This document shows positions 38,905 to 52,610 of a stretch of DNA of 64,000 nucleotides, one piece after another (position 1 is the first letter of the stretch; each line of letters starts with the position of its first letter). The translations under genes and the position numbers were made by a program. The notes beneath the pieces were generated by a model. That model worked only from the letters and a program-made list of their open reading frames with translations, was not told where the DNA came from and ran no database searches. This stretch comes from Octopus vulgaris (taxonomy: Eukaryota), in assembly GCA_951406725.2 (NCBI GenBank), contig OX597814.1, positions 129,270,001 through 129,334,000 of the forward strand. The letters run 5' to 3'.

Positions 38905-39050
38905 ATGTGGTTCTATACAGCCAAGTGATAAACTTTTAGCCATCAATGATATTCGAATGGAGCCTTGTTGTGCAGATGAGGCTGCTAATTTGTTGGAGAC
39001 TGCAGATGATATCATTGTACTAAAGATTCGAAGAGATGATCCTTATGGAG
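38905..39050 (+). CDS. GRIP1: GRIP-like exon G, PDZ5 C-half: CGSIQPSDKLLAINDIRMEPCCADEAANLLETADDIIVLKIRRDDPYG
   Basis: acacAG acceptor after T-rich tract, GTaatg donor; 146 nt; matches GRIP [20 protein letters not shown]...LKIRKD. Confidence 0.93.
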
Positions 39051-39524
39051 GTAATGAATAAATAAATACATAATTGAATATTAAAACCAAGACAGCATGG
39101 AATATGGAAAAATTAATATTCAGACTCACATGTATTTAATTAAAAGATGAATAAACATTGTGTGTTTGATATTTTAAAATGCTTTATCATCAGTGCATAT
39201 GTTTAGCCATCTTAGTGATGTATAATTCAATACACTTTGACAAATGCAATCAAATAACTTTCTTTTTCTCTCCTTGTACATAAAATAGTGGGATTTGGCC
39301 TGAACTGGTTTCTAACCTGATTGGCATCTCGTCAGCAACCATGTGCCAAACTTTGTCTGTCTAAAGAATGAGGTATAGCTTGTAGTTATTTATGGCCACC
39401 AAATGAAATTGTAGTCTTGACCACAAGTCCGCTGCTCTAACCACTAGGCCATGTGCCTCCACACACACACACACACACACACTCACACACACACACATAT
39501 ATACATACATACATATATATACAT

Positions 39525-39658
<134 letters not shown>

Positions 39659-40310
39659 GAAAAAAAAGAAAAACTGGATTGATAAATTGCTCAACAGCTG
39701 GCCAATATATAAGGATATTGTGTGTCAGTTTATTTAGAGGAAAGAAAGTAGATGCATATTGTAGATATCATTTTACATCTACTTTGTCTATATTGGCATG
39801 AGTTTGATGACACATTTTTTAGACATTGGATGTCTGTGTGTGCATGTGTAAATCAGAGGACAGATTAATGACATCGGGATACGGCCAAAATTGAAGTTTT
39901 TAGATTAGAACTCTCAATAAAATTAAGTCTTTTTGTAGGTGATAGGTCTTGTTTAGTTGAATAAAAAAAGAACCTGGTCTACTCATGTCAACATGGAAAA
40001 GTAGATTGGAGACAAAGTTGGTGATGATGATGGAATTATGGATATATATGATAGGTAAATAAATATGTCAGTAGATACGATAGGGTGATCGATAAATGTA
40101 TGAGATTATCAAGTAGTTGTGATATGTAGAGAGCTGCATTGTTAGCAAGTCTATCAAGTAGATGGGTGTATAAAAATAGAAGTATAGATATATATATATA
40201 TATGGTTGAGTAGATCAATAGATAAATGCCTTCTCAGATGCTCTACAAAATATCATATTGATAAGTCATTTGAATTTTCTTTCTGGCATCTCTTCATTTA
40301 TTCTTTGCAG

Positions 40311-40452
40311 ATGAAGATTCTGAAGACTGTGTGACATATACTGTTGAGTTACAGAAACGTGGTGGAGTTCTTGGAATTACAATATCTGGCACTGATAATC
40401 CTATGGATCCTATTACCATTTCTGGTTTAACAGAAGGTGGATTAGCAGAAAG
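40311..40452 (+). CDS. GRIP1: GRIP-like exon H, PDZ6 N-half: [48 protein letters not shown]
   Basis: ctttgcAG acceptor, GTAAGT donor; 142 nt; matches [43 protein letters not shown]. Confidence 0.95.
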
Positions 40453-43381
40453 GTAAGTCTAAATACCAATGGTTTTCTGTTGTTTTGTTTTTATTCAATC
40501 TTTCATACGTCAGATAAACCCTTGTATATTATAACAGGATTATCTTCAATTGTTATGGAATGTCTTGCTTCTTATTAAATCTTGTTTTAACATTTCAGTA
40601 CAGAATCAAGCAGCATTATGTAAATACTTCGTCGACAGCCCAATACTTATAGTTATATCTTAATTTCTTTTTTACCTTACATATATATATATATCTATAT
40701 GCTGTCAACAAATTTTAGCACATTTGCCAAAAATATATGTATAGCTTAAATTGTAATATTTATGTTGCCATTCTAACCATCTTCCAGCAGCTGTGGAGTT
40801 GAAAGGAATTAACTTTTGGCTTTCAGAATTTACCATTTTCATTAAGAATAAATACCAACAGTGTGAAGCTGAAAAGGATTGCCATATTTGACGTCATAAA
40901 AGACACACAGACATATTAGATGCTCCCTAGTTTCAAACAGTCCATGTTCAAGGAAAAAGTTTTTAGTGTATTAAAACTTATGGAAGGCCTAACTTTACCT
41001 GTAGGACCCAGGGTGATATTTTGAGACATTATTTAAAAAAAAAAATAAAGTGTCTCATATGCTACCAAATACAGTAATTAATTGACAAGATTCACAGTTA
41101 AGGTTTTCTAGCCACCATGTCCTTGAAAGAATTAACTGGTTTAATATGATAGTGTTCCTGTTCGCTTTTAGTCAGTGGTCAATTATTCTATTTGTAGTGT
41201 GTTGTTTGTTACCATAAATATTTCTTAGATAGCAGCCATTTATGTTGTTGTTCCCTTGAATGATATGTTGATGTCAAGAACAACATATTGCCATGAAAAT
41301 CTGAAATACAATCCAGAAGATGAAGATGCAAACAGTTGGATAGAATATCTTTGAAATGTCATCATAGTAAAACAAAAATAATACAAATGATAGTGATGGG
41401 AATGAGTAAGAGGTCATTAACTCATCATCATCATTATCATCATTATCATCATTGTCATCATCTTTCACTTCTTTATCATCTTTATCCATTTAGACTTTTA
41501 TCCTTCTGTTGGCATTACTTTGACAGGATCTGTAGGATGACAAATTGCAAGTCAATTTGATCCCATATTTTGTCTGTGAGAATCATTATCCTGAAATTTA
41601 AACTTCCAACTTACTTCCTTCCAGTCTCCTCCCAACCTTTAGTATTTTTCGCTGCTAGCACCCTGGAGAATTCTTTAGACATACTGAACCTACCCTGAAC
41701 ATTCAAATGCCCATATCACCTTTATCTTTTACAAACATTATCAAATTTTAAAAATAACCAATATGATCTGGGGAAAAGATATGGTGAATAGATATGGAGG
41801 ACAAGTTGAGAAAGAGAGAATTTCTTGTGTTTGTTTTTAGTATTTCTGAAGTTTTTTATATTTTGTACTTGTTTTTTGGTTCTGATTTGTGAATAAAAGC
41901 CTCATTTATGGACATTAGCTATCACAAGCAGCATCACCAAAGCTGCTTTGACAGATCATAAATCATAATGGGTTGTGTTGATTCCTCTCTACTAAAACCT
42001 CTCTACCAACTTTTACTACCATCACTTCTTCTTGCTATTGTTGCTGTCCCCACTGCCACTACTGCTACTACTGCTATGTCTCACTGGGATACAATTTTAG
42101 CTAAGGGTGAAGAATCAACATACTCTGTGGAGTAATCCAATGGTGTAACATAATCCAGGGAGGTTATCTGGTGGTGTAAGATAATCCAAGTATTAAGGTT
42201 CTCCAAAGTATTAGTTGGATAAAGTGATGCGGTGATAAAGAAGATTTAGTACCAGTTTTGTGGTAGCTGATGGGTTGTGCTTTAGACTTTGTTCCATATT
42301 CTTTTACTTGGTGTAAACAAACTTCTCAATATAGTTGTGTTAGGTTCAGCCATAAACACTTTGTTTTCATTTAGTTTATAGCCTCAGATCAAACCTAAGC
42401 AAACAAGCACTTATGGCCAAAGGCATCTTATGCCAGCAGGAAATGTGGAGATGATCTAGCTACTATTTCTAGGAGGTTGAGAAACCACGTAGTAGCCTCC
42501 TCTGTTGACACACATATAATAGTAGTATATTGCTAAGCTGACACAAAATACTTAGTATTGTATGGTTGGACAAAATATCTTCAGTTTCACAGACTAAAAT
42601 AAAGTACTACAGGCATGAAAATAATTAGGTATTAAACCAAAATTCTTCATATAGCATACATATGAATATATCTCCAGTTTGTAGGGTTTTTTGTTTTTGA
42701 TATCTTCACATTATATGTGGTTGGCGTTAGGAAGGGCATCCAGCTGTAGAAACACTGCCAGATCCGACTGGCCTGGTGCAGCCTTCAGGCTCCCCAGACC
42801 CCAGTTGAACCGTCTAACCCATGCTAGCATGGAAAGCGGACGTTAAATGATGATGATGAGGATGATATATATATATATTTTCAATAAATATATAAAGATT
42901 ATTTATCTCCATTGATTAACTAATCTCCAGAGATTAAAAGTCTTATGTAACATGTTCTAAATATTCTTTCAAGTGATGCATTTCTCTGTGAAATATTCAA
43001 TACAGTGATTCCTTGCCATATTTCACTGCAGTATTTAATATTTATTTCTTCTCTTCTTGTTTCCATAACTGCATTGATAAGACTAAAACCTTATCAACCA
43101 AGGAGTGTTTAATTGATCGACTCCAATTCTCCACTTTGATCTCCAATTACATCAACTAATTCCTATGATATTACTTGGGTTATATCAAGGAAATGTACAG
43201 CCTAAGTTTCAAAATTAATTGTTCGTTTTCCTAGATTAATAATTGAGGATTTTATATTGAAAATCAAAGAAAGAATCTAAACTACATAGAAAACCTAATC
43301 TAAATTTTATTGTTACAGAATTATTTTCCTATTTATGATTTACTTACTAAATGCACAAACACAAACATTCTTATACAGAGA

Positions 43382-43735
43382 CTAGCAGTATCTCCTGGCA
43401 TTGCTTGGGTTTGTTTTGACCCTTTAGAATTGGAATTTTTGAAAAGTAAAAATTTTGCCTTATGGTTGAAATACACCGAAAAATGGCAACACATTAGTCA
43501 AAAAATCGTAAACAATAGGGATTTTCGTAGATAAAAAGCACCTTTTTGATGTTAATAATTTTTGTTGTTAACATGGTCCGATTTGAATTTTTTCTTCTAC
43601 GGAAGGAAGAGCAAGCCTTCTATCATACTCTCAATTTTGGTCAACTTGCGCTGCAGGGTCTCGGAGGAGATAGTGTTAGTTGAAGGCTACCAAACCTGCC
43701 ATACACAGACAACTTCAGCTTTATATATAGAGAGA
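43382..43735 (-). mobile_element. Non-autonomous Helitron, same family as 6438-6829
   Basis: Reverse-complement copy with intact TC and CTAG ends in an AT site. Confidence 0.85.
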
Positions 43736-46700
43736 TGAAGCCACTATGTCCTTCACTTCTGAAACTTTTGCACATTGGCAAGCAGCATAGACTCATCACA
43801 CTAGACTCGTGTACTATGAATAGAGATTTTTAAAAGACCTGACAGCCTAAGCAACACCAAAATATAACCATTAAATGTACCAAGGAAACACTGTGGAAAT
43901 ACAAAGTCCTTTTTCCTCATGAAAAAACACAGTTAAATCCTCAGATTTGCTACAAATGCCAGGACTTTTCAATGGCTTATGATCCTTCATGGTAAACTAC
44001 ATCTCAACAATATAGCAAAAACTACATTCACAAACTTAAGCTTCCTCTTATGAGCTACAAAAATACTCTAGCTTTGAACAATTGATTGTTTTTTACAAAC
44101 CACAAATTCAACCCATCCTAGAGAACTGCTCGTATATCTAGAATATATACGAATTTATTCTTGACTGCATCCAAAGAACGGTCATCTGATTGGCAAACTT
44201 TTGCTCACCTACACACTAATTATCATTTTACATCTGTTTTTCCAGGTTTGCATGCATTGGATGAGCCTTCTTCTTCAGCACAGTATTTCATCATTTGTTG
44301 TGGTTCTTTGTCATCTCCTTTGTGAGGCTCGGCCTCCTGAAATCAAATTTCACTACCTCTTCCTATATCTTCCTTGGTCTTCCTTTTCTGCCAGATCATT
44401 CCTCTTCAATTGTTTGGCATTTCTTTATCCAGCTGTTATCCATCATACACCAGCTCAGTCTTTCCTCTTGCACCCTATATCTGGTTCCTTTTGACACCCT
44501 GTTTTACTCTCAGCTTCTTTGTGTTTGTTGTTCATGCACGCTAACATTACACATCCAGCAGAGCATGCCCCGTCCACTTACTCACAAGCATGCACTATCT
44601 CTCTTCCTTCTTCTTTTGCAACTATAACAGTTTCTGCTCCTCTGAACTAACCAGTTGTGTCCCACCTACTCAAGCCTACCTGATGCATCTGTTTCAACCA
44701 GAAATATTCCTATTTTGTGTCATCTCCCTAAAACGCATCATCTAATCCTTCCTGTTCAGAATTAGAACCTTTTAGAGCTCCCTCCTCCCCACAAGGTTTC
44801 GCTACAGGCAATCCAGATAAGTATTAATCACCACCCCCACCATATGGAAGACTCTGCAAATATTATGGACACTACCCAACTCCATTGTCTAATTGTTAAT
44901 AATAATAATGATAATAATAATAATTTCTGATTTAGGCCCAAAACCAACAATGTTGAAGGAAGGGGATTAGACTAGCATTGTATTTGATCAACACTGGAGA
45001 GATGAAAGGTAAAGTGGACTTAGACAGAAGCTGATCTCTGAATGTAAAGACTCGGAACAAATACCACAAGGCATTTTTTTCTAACACTAACGATTCTGCC
45101 AGAGCATTAAAAATCAAATTGTGTACATCATCTTAAACTCATCCTCATGCTTAACTGTTACTGTATCATCCATAACTACTTGGCTTTCCTTTAGTTCAAC
45201 CTTTGTATTATGATGTATAATTTCAATGGATTACTTTAATCAATTTCATATTCTTTTCTACATAATATCTCATGCTGGGGCAAATGACACAGCAGTTGAT
45301 GGGCTTAGGTTAAACAAAGTTAATGTGTTACCATTAAAGTTAAGAAATAAAGTAATTAAAGAGTTGTATAAATTATAGTATTTGCATATTTTCTTGAAGT
45401 AGATGGCTTTTCTGACCTTTCTAGTTGGGCATGGTGGGGTTTGAAAATCAAGATTGATCATTCATTTTTAAATATATGGTACAGACCTGGGCAAAAGTTT
45501 TTGCTAAAGGTCCCCTATCAATGCCGCTGATGTTATCTAAAGGTAAGGCCCCTGGTTTGGGCCTATACAGCTTTGTACTAGTGTTGTTGCTGTTAGAATG
45601 CAAAGAGACAGAACATTGCTACAAGACATCTGAGCTGGGAATCTTTTATCTACAGCAAAAGGATAAAAGGCAAAATTGGCTTTGGTAGGTTTGAACTCAG
45701 GATGCAAAGAGTCAGAACAAATATTGTAAAGCATTTTAACTAACACTCTGACAACTCTGCCAATTTGCCAGTATAGATGAAACCTTTGTATTGGCTTTGT
45801 AGTTTGAGCTTTTCTGTGAATCACTATTGAATGCTTGTGACTTATTGTTGATATGTAAACAATAGACTGTCATATACGTATACCAAATATATGACTTAGG
45901 GTAACTTTTACACTTATATTAATAATATTTTGGCTGGGTAAGTTATGATTCATAGTCAAACATTTAACACATGAATCATTAATTTTGATGATGAGCTGAA
46001 ATTATGTTTTCAGAAGTCTATATTCAGCTTACAGTTGAGATTTTCTTTAATTCAAACTAAACAAAGTCAAACTATTTCAACAATATTCTACTTACTTCTT
46101 AAAATTGTCCTTTGTTTTGGAGTTAGCTCATTTCATAAAAGCCATGAAAGAATGGTATTTCAGTTCCTAACATAAAGGTAAATCATATAAATATATAATC
46201 AAATGCCTGAATCATAAGGTATTAGAGAAAGCAACTAAAAGGTCTGGAGAGCCTATCTTGTCACCAGCACACACTGTTTTCCTGGCCAAAATACATTAAT
46301 GATCCAGTCCACTTAGCCGTTAGTTGGTCACACAAGATGGAAAGTGTCGACACTGAAAGCAACAGCTCTGTAAAAGTGGCAGGTCTTTTATAGCTCTTTC
46401 TATAATGGAGTCCAGTTCTACTTGCCTCAGCCATATGTAAATACTGGTAATTTTATTATATATTTTCTTTTAATTAAAAGTTTTTCATTCATTTAAAAAA
46501 GTTTTTAATTTCTTGGGATGAATCTCCATCAAATCACACCTTGCCACCTTAAAAAAGAAACTAAGGACACATTGGCCAATGTAGAACTGGATATATAAAA
46601 ACATGATGGTCATGGCTGGAAAGCCTTTGATCATATATGTTTGCTCAATCAGAGCTGACTTGGTTGGGATTACACAATTGATGGGTTTTTTTCATTGAAA

Positions 46701-47872
46701 GCTGCCACTCATGACAATAACAAATAAAGCAGCTTGATTGTCTAACAACAAATGGATCATCTAAAATCTAACATTTATATGATCTGAAATTACTAATCTA
46801 AAGATTATCTCAGATGGTAACATATCTTTTTGTTTGTTTCAAAAAGCCTCCAAACTTATTTATATAGCTGTGTATCTATGTGCTTCATTTCAAAATATTC
46901 TCTTTTATTTTTAAATTATATTTTACTCTTTCTGTCTTAATAATGTTCTTTCTTTTAATATGAAGACTTAAAACACAATTGTTTGTTTTGTCTGGCATTG
47001 TTACATCTAGTCTAATATTTATAATATATGCATGAGGTGTTTTTAGAAAATTAGTTTTCTAAATTAGTTAATTAGTAATTGAAATATATTTCAACTAATA
47101 TTTTTCCAACAGTATAATACTAACTTAAAAAAAAAAAAAATGGCTGGTAGAAAAGATTTTCTGCAAATATTTATCCCTAAATTATATTCAATTCTTGCTG
47201 GTATGCTTGTATCAAATACTTATGTTTATATTTCATGCCATCTGAAAGGGATGCGTAAGTATCCATTATCGCAGTTCTATGCAATCCTTTTCAACCAATC
47301 ATTAGCTGCGTCCAGCTTATAACTCCCATAATTCTACATTCCTAAATATGCATTCAGAGAGGCTGCTGTACATTGGCTAAAAACTTTCATATCATCATCG
47401 CCACATGCATGTTGACTTCTCATGCCAAACGCTTGCATTCATTCCTTCCCCAAATCCTGCTTGTTTATTTGTTAATAGTAAATATAGTAATATTAGTGAA
47501 AGTATTTAATAGTATGAGACTTGTTTACTCTCTGAATTTATTTCATCATCATTTATATATAATAATAATGTATACATGCGATCATAGTATGCATTTGAGT
47601 GAAGTTGTGTGTGTATATATATATGTATATATACTCAGACACACATATATACACACATATGCTTTTACAACATGGTTGATGGTAACTTCAAGGTTTTACC
47701 CTGCCAGCATTTGTTGGACAGTACAGTAAAGGCTAGTAGACCAAAACTTCGAAGTCACTGTCACCACTCTTCTTGTAAAAGTATAGTAAATATGTACTCT
47801 ACAAAAAAGTATTGAGTAATTCTTCAGCTTAATGTTAAACTGTTTTATTACAACTAAACATAAAACAAATAT

Positions 47873-47925
<53 letters not shown>

Positions 47926-50900
47926 CTAAGCAATTAAGGGTTTAGTAAGAATTGCCTCTCCACACACCGAATTTAGAAATAGCAGTCAAAGAGTTATAGC
48001 TATTCTTTCTACTAAAAGGGAGATCTCAGTAAAAACACAGCACTTGAAAGGCAAACACAGACAGGTAAGAGAGAATGAAATAATAATAATTATTATTATT
48101 ATTATTATCATATTAGGGAGTATAACTCCAAACTTAAAGGAAAAATTCAATTTAGTATTAAATCAAATTTCACAATATAAATATATAATATATAAATTAG
48201 AGAAAACCACTATTATGCAATTCAAACAATGATAGACATAAATCAATTCATAAATTTAAAAATATTTTTTAAAATATTATAACTAGATCACAAAAAGTAC
48301 AAAAATGAATAAACAATACTTATTATATATTGTTTATTCATTTTTGTACTTTTTTTATCTAATTATATATTTTAAAAATATATTTTATTTTTTATTTATG
48401 AATTGGTTTATGGCTATCATTGTTTGAATTGCATAATAGTAGTTTTTCTCAAATTATATATCTGTATATATATATATGTGTGTATACACAGGCACATAGA
48501 AATTAAGTTATATCTTTCTTTACTGTGATTTCAATATTTGCAATGGTAAATTGCCAGAGGGCTGCATTCTCTCAACAATGCCAAAGTATGACCAACAACA
48601 ACAAAAAATTTTGCATGACTTCATTAAAATGCTGTTTGGGAAATGTGATTTTCAAACTAACTAGAGGCAGGGACAGTAAATGTCTTTGCTTTAAAAATAA
48701 TGCAGAATAAATGCATAGTGTAACAATACAACTCCTGTTTTCTCTGACCGTAGTTGAATTAACAATGTACGAGCTAAAAGAACATGCAACTCAGTACTCC
48801 AACTTTGTCCAACTTTCATGAATTCTCTGGAAATCAATTGAAAAAGAAGATCTGGGAGCTGTTCTGGCTTAATCCTTAGCATTTAAACTTGCTATATCTG
48901 ACCCAAATATTCTACCAGTTTTTGTATTTAAACCAGCCAGGTCTAGCATTTGCATCTATCCTACAATGTCATTCTTAAGATATACATACCATTTATAGTA
49001 AGATCTCCAGAAAACTGAAAGAAGGGCATATTTTTAACAATAAAAACAGAATCAGAGTAGAGCAACAGCACCCATTGGAAAACAAAAACTTCACAATTTT
49101 GAGTTGAGAGCATCAGGGACATTGCTGTTTGTTAGAGTGGCACGTAAAAAGCACCCACTACACTCTCAGAGTGGTTGGCGTTAGGAAGGGCATCCAGCTG
49201 TAGAAACTCTGCCAGATCAAGATTGGAGCCTGCTGCAGCCATCTGGTTCGCCAGCCCTCAGTCAAAATCGACCAACCCATGCTAGCATGGAAAGCGGACG
49301 TTAAACGATGCTGATGATGACATCTGTGCAATTATTACAATGATCCTTCACCTTAGTTATTTAATATCTAAACACCTGAGATGAGTTGTTAATACAATTA
49401 TAAATTTTCAAATTATTAGCTTCATCCATAGAGATGAAACACTTTTATAATATTTATTCTTACCCTATGTTTCGAACAGTTTAATTTCCAGACTCCAGAT
49501 ATGTACATAGTACCAGATTGGATTCAAACCAGAAACCATTATTTTCAAAATTAAAGTTTAAAATATTCTTATCCACTGCCGCTACTGATGCATGTACATT
49601 AATATTACCAGTATAGGTTATTTAAACTTATTTTCCAGTATAGAAGTCATAGCAGGCTGATGTCAACACTAGGTTTACTGAGCGAGTTTTCAACAAGTGC
49701 TATTAGTATAATTAAGCAAAATATTGTTCGAAGCTAACAGAGAACTGCAACAAAAAGTAGAAAAAGAAATCAATGAACAGTATATATAGCATTTGCTGAA
49801 TAACCTTGTTAATAAGCCTAATACTTATAGAGTATGAGATGTTTTGGCGTCACTGATTGGAGGCTGACTTATTTGACATAAGACCTTTTAATGATTCTCT
49901 CATTCTCCCATCCCACTTTTTCTTTCACTCTCTCTCTCTCTCTCTCTTTATGTGTGTGAACATATGTATATGTGAAGAGGGTAAGTGTTTATGTCAGTTG
50001 TGTTTAGTTGATAAATTGTAATGTCACTCTTTCCCTCTCTATTTCTCCCTCTTGATCTTTCTCTCTCTCTCTCCCTTCCTCTCTCTCTCTCCCTCCCTCC
50101 CTCCCTCCCTCTCTCTGTGTGTCTGCCTCCCTCCCTCTCTTCCTCCTCTCTCTAGCTCCCTCCCACATTCCTATCTGAATGTATATATATATTTCTTTAT
50201 GTATGTGTGTTTGCCTCAGGTGCCTGTCACCAAAACAAATTCAATGTCCAGTCAGCCTCACCAAATTACCAGCATCCAAACAGCCACACTCAATCATCTC
50301 ATTCCAGTTCTGATTTTTATGGCAGTTAACTTGAAATAAGCCAAAAAGATGTAGCATTAAATATACATGCATCAGTAGCAGAGTGGATAAAATTGTCATT
50401 TTTCTGAGTTTAGAAATAATGGCTCTTAATTCAAATCCAGTTTCATCTATAAAGACGAGGGTGATAGTTCAAAACCTTACAATTGTTTTTAGCTATACTA
50501 ATGATTTGAAATTATCAAAAAGTGATCAAACAACCTGCAGAAAAGGGCTCAATACCATGTACTGGTAGATTGATAGAAACAACATGCATTTCAATGCCAG
50601 TTAGTTCCAAATACTGCTTTCAGTCTTGTAACACGTGTAATCTGGATACACAGGATCAAGAGAAATTAAAATTCCAGTGTCAGAGGTGGTGCGAGAGCCA
50701 TGGATTAATGATATGTAATAACGCATCATTTCATGACATTTGTTGTCAGATATTTGAATTATTCCGCCAAGCTGAAGTCCCCTCGTAGTTTGAAGGTCGC
50801 TGCTGACCTGACAACAATCCAGTCCTGTGACGATTCAGCAGAAAGATTACCTCTATCCTGTAGCTAAGTTATTGGGAGAATTGACAGCTTTGAGAAGAGT

Positions 50901-51313
50901 GTATGTGTGTGTAGGAAGGGTACACAGCCACAGAAACCAAGTTAAATGGCAAGCACTTTTGGGGCAGTGGGTCCCAATAATAAATGATTCAAACCATAAT
51001 GACCCTTCACATCCATGCCTGCATATACATATATATTACACCATTTCCAGTATATTTAGGTGTTTAACTGATGATGATATAAATATCTCTGTGTGTGAAA
51101 CCGTTTATAGGTTTCACATACACACATAGAAGTAAGACTCAACATAGAGTGAATATATTATATTCCGATAGCTAAGATCCTACAGATTATTGACTCAAGG
51201 ATTAAAATTTTTCTGCAACTAAATTTTATAAACATTCAAAAGTCCATTTAATAAAAATTTTGGACTGATATAGCTTCTCATGTATGAAGAAATAGAATGC
51301 ATGCACACACACA

Positions 51314-51348
<35 letters not shown>

Positions 51349-51375
51349 AAAAAGATACAAACTGGGACAAGACCG

Positions 51376-51431
<56 letters not shown>

Positions 51432-51493
51432 ATATTATGGAGATATACTTGCATAGCAAGTGACTTGATCTGAAATCGTGAGCTGAAACAAAA

Positions 51494-51778
51494 ACAATTG
51501 CAGTGTGGAAGGTGTTTATAAGCCAGTTAAAAAAAAACAAAAAAAAACTGTTAGATTCACTTAAACATTTAAATTTAATTTGTGTCGAAATATTTTCATC
51601 GCTTTGATACTGCGACCTGTTCATTGAAGCAGCATGAAGTTTTGTCAGTGAACAGATCGAGGTTTCAAAATGATGAAAATATTTTGACACAACTTAAATC
51701 TAAATGTTGAAGTAAATCTAACAGTTTTTTTATGCGTTTTTAAATGGCTTATAAATACCCTCCATGCTGCAATTGTTA
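51494..51778. mobile_element. Palindromic element with hammerhead-like motifs (G3-C8 core) in both arms
   Basis: Arms about 51494-51628 and 51643-51778 are reverse complements; TGTCA-GTGAACA...GAAA-ATAT-TT-TGACA. Confidence 0.6.
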
Positions 51779-51965
51779 TATATATATATATATATATACA
51801 CGACAGGCTCCTTTCAGTTTCCGTCTACCAAATCTACTCACAAGGCTTTGGTCGACCCAAGACAGTTGCCCAAGGTGCCACGCAGTGAGACTGAACCCAG
51901 AACCATATGGTTCATAAACAAGCTACTTACCACACTGCCACTCCTAAGCTGATATATATATATAT

Positions 51966-52267
51966 CATGTGATTGACCAGGCTATCAGATGTAGCTACAC
52001 ATCGCTGGTCACAATGCACTTCGCATTGTTTTAGCCTTCAAATGACGTCACACCACTGGCTAAGCGAGCAAGCCAACAGAAGAAAGAGTGAGAGAAAGTA
52101 GTGGTGAAAGAGTACAGCAGGGATCGCCACCACCCCCTGCCAGAGCCTCGTGGAGCTTTAGGTGTTTTCGCTCAATAAGCACTCACAATGCCTGGTCTGG
52201 GAATCAAAACTGGAATCCTACGATCGCAAGTCCACTGTCCTAACCAGTGTGCCATTGCACCTCCACA
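51966..52267 (-). mobile_element. tRNA-headed SINE, family D
   Basis: Reverse complement of 518-822 along its full length. Confidence 0.8.
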
Positions 52268-52376
52268 TATATATAAAAGTTATTAGTGATTTATTTCAGT
52301 TCTACAGAACATTTATAGATATCAATGAACACTGAAATAGGCAGATGCAAACACGTTGTCTTTAAACACAGTGTGG

Positions 52377-52610
52377 ATAGAAAATGAGGGAACAGCCAGA
52401 CTGGTTTTAGTCCTGTGTTGGGATTTCATCAGTGACTGAATACCTACTTCAGCTGTCTGTAGAGACATTGCTTATAAATTGTACCATCTGCTAATAGAAA
52501 ATGAGGGAACAGCCAGACTGGTTTTAGTCCTGTGTTGGGATTTCATCAGTGACTGAATACCTACTTCAGCTGTCTGTAGAGACATTGCTTATAAATTGTA
52601 CCATCTGCTA
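52377..52610 (-). repeat. Perfect 117-bp tandem duplication, each unit with a type-I hammerhead-like motif
   Basis: 52377-52493 = 52494-52610; minus strand CAGTCA-CTGATGA-AATCC-CAACACA-GGACT-AAAA-CCAG-TC-TGGCTG. Confidence 0.85.
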
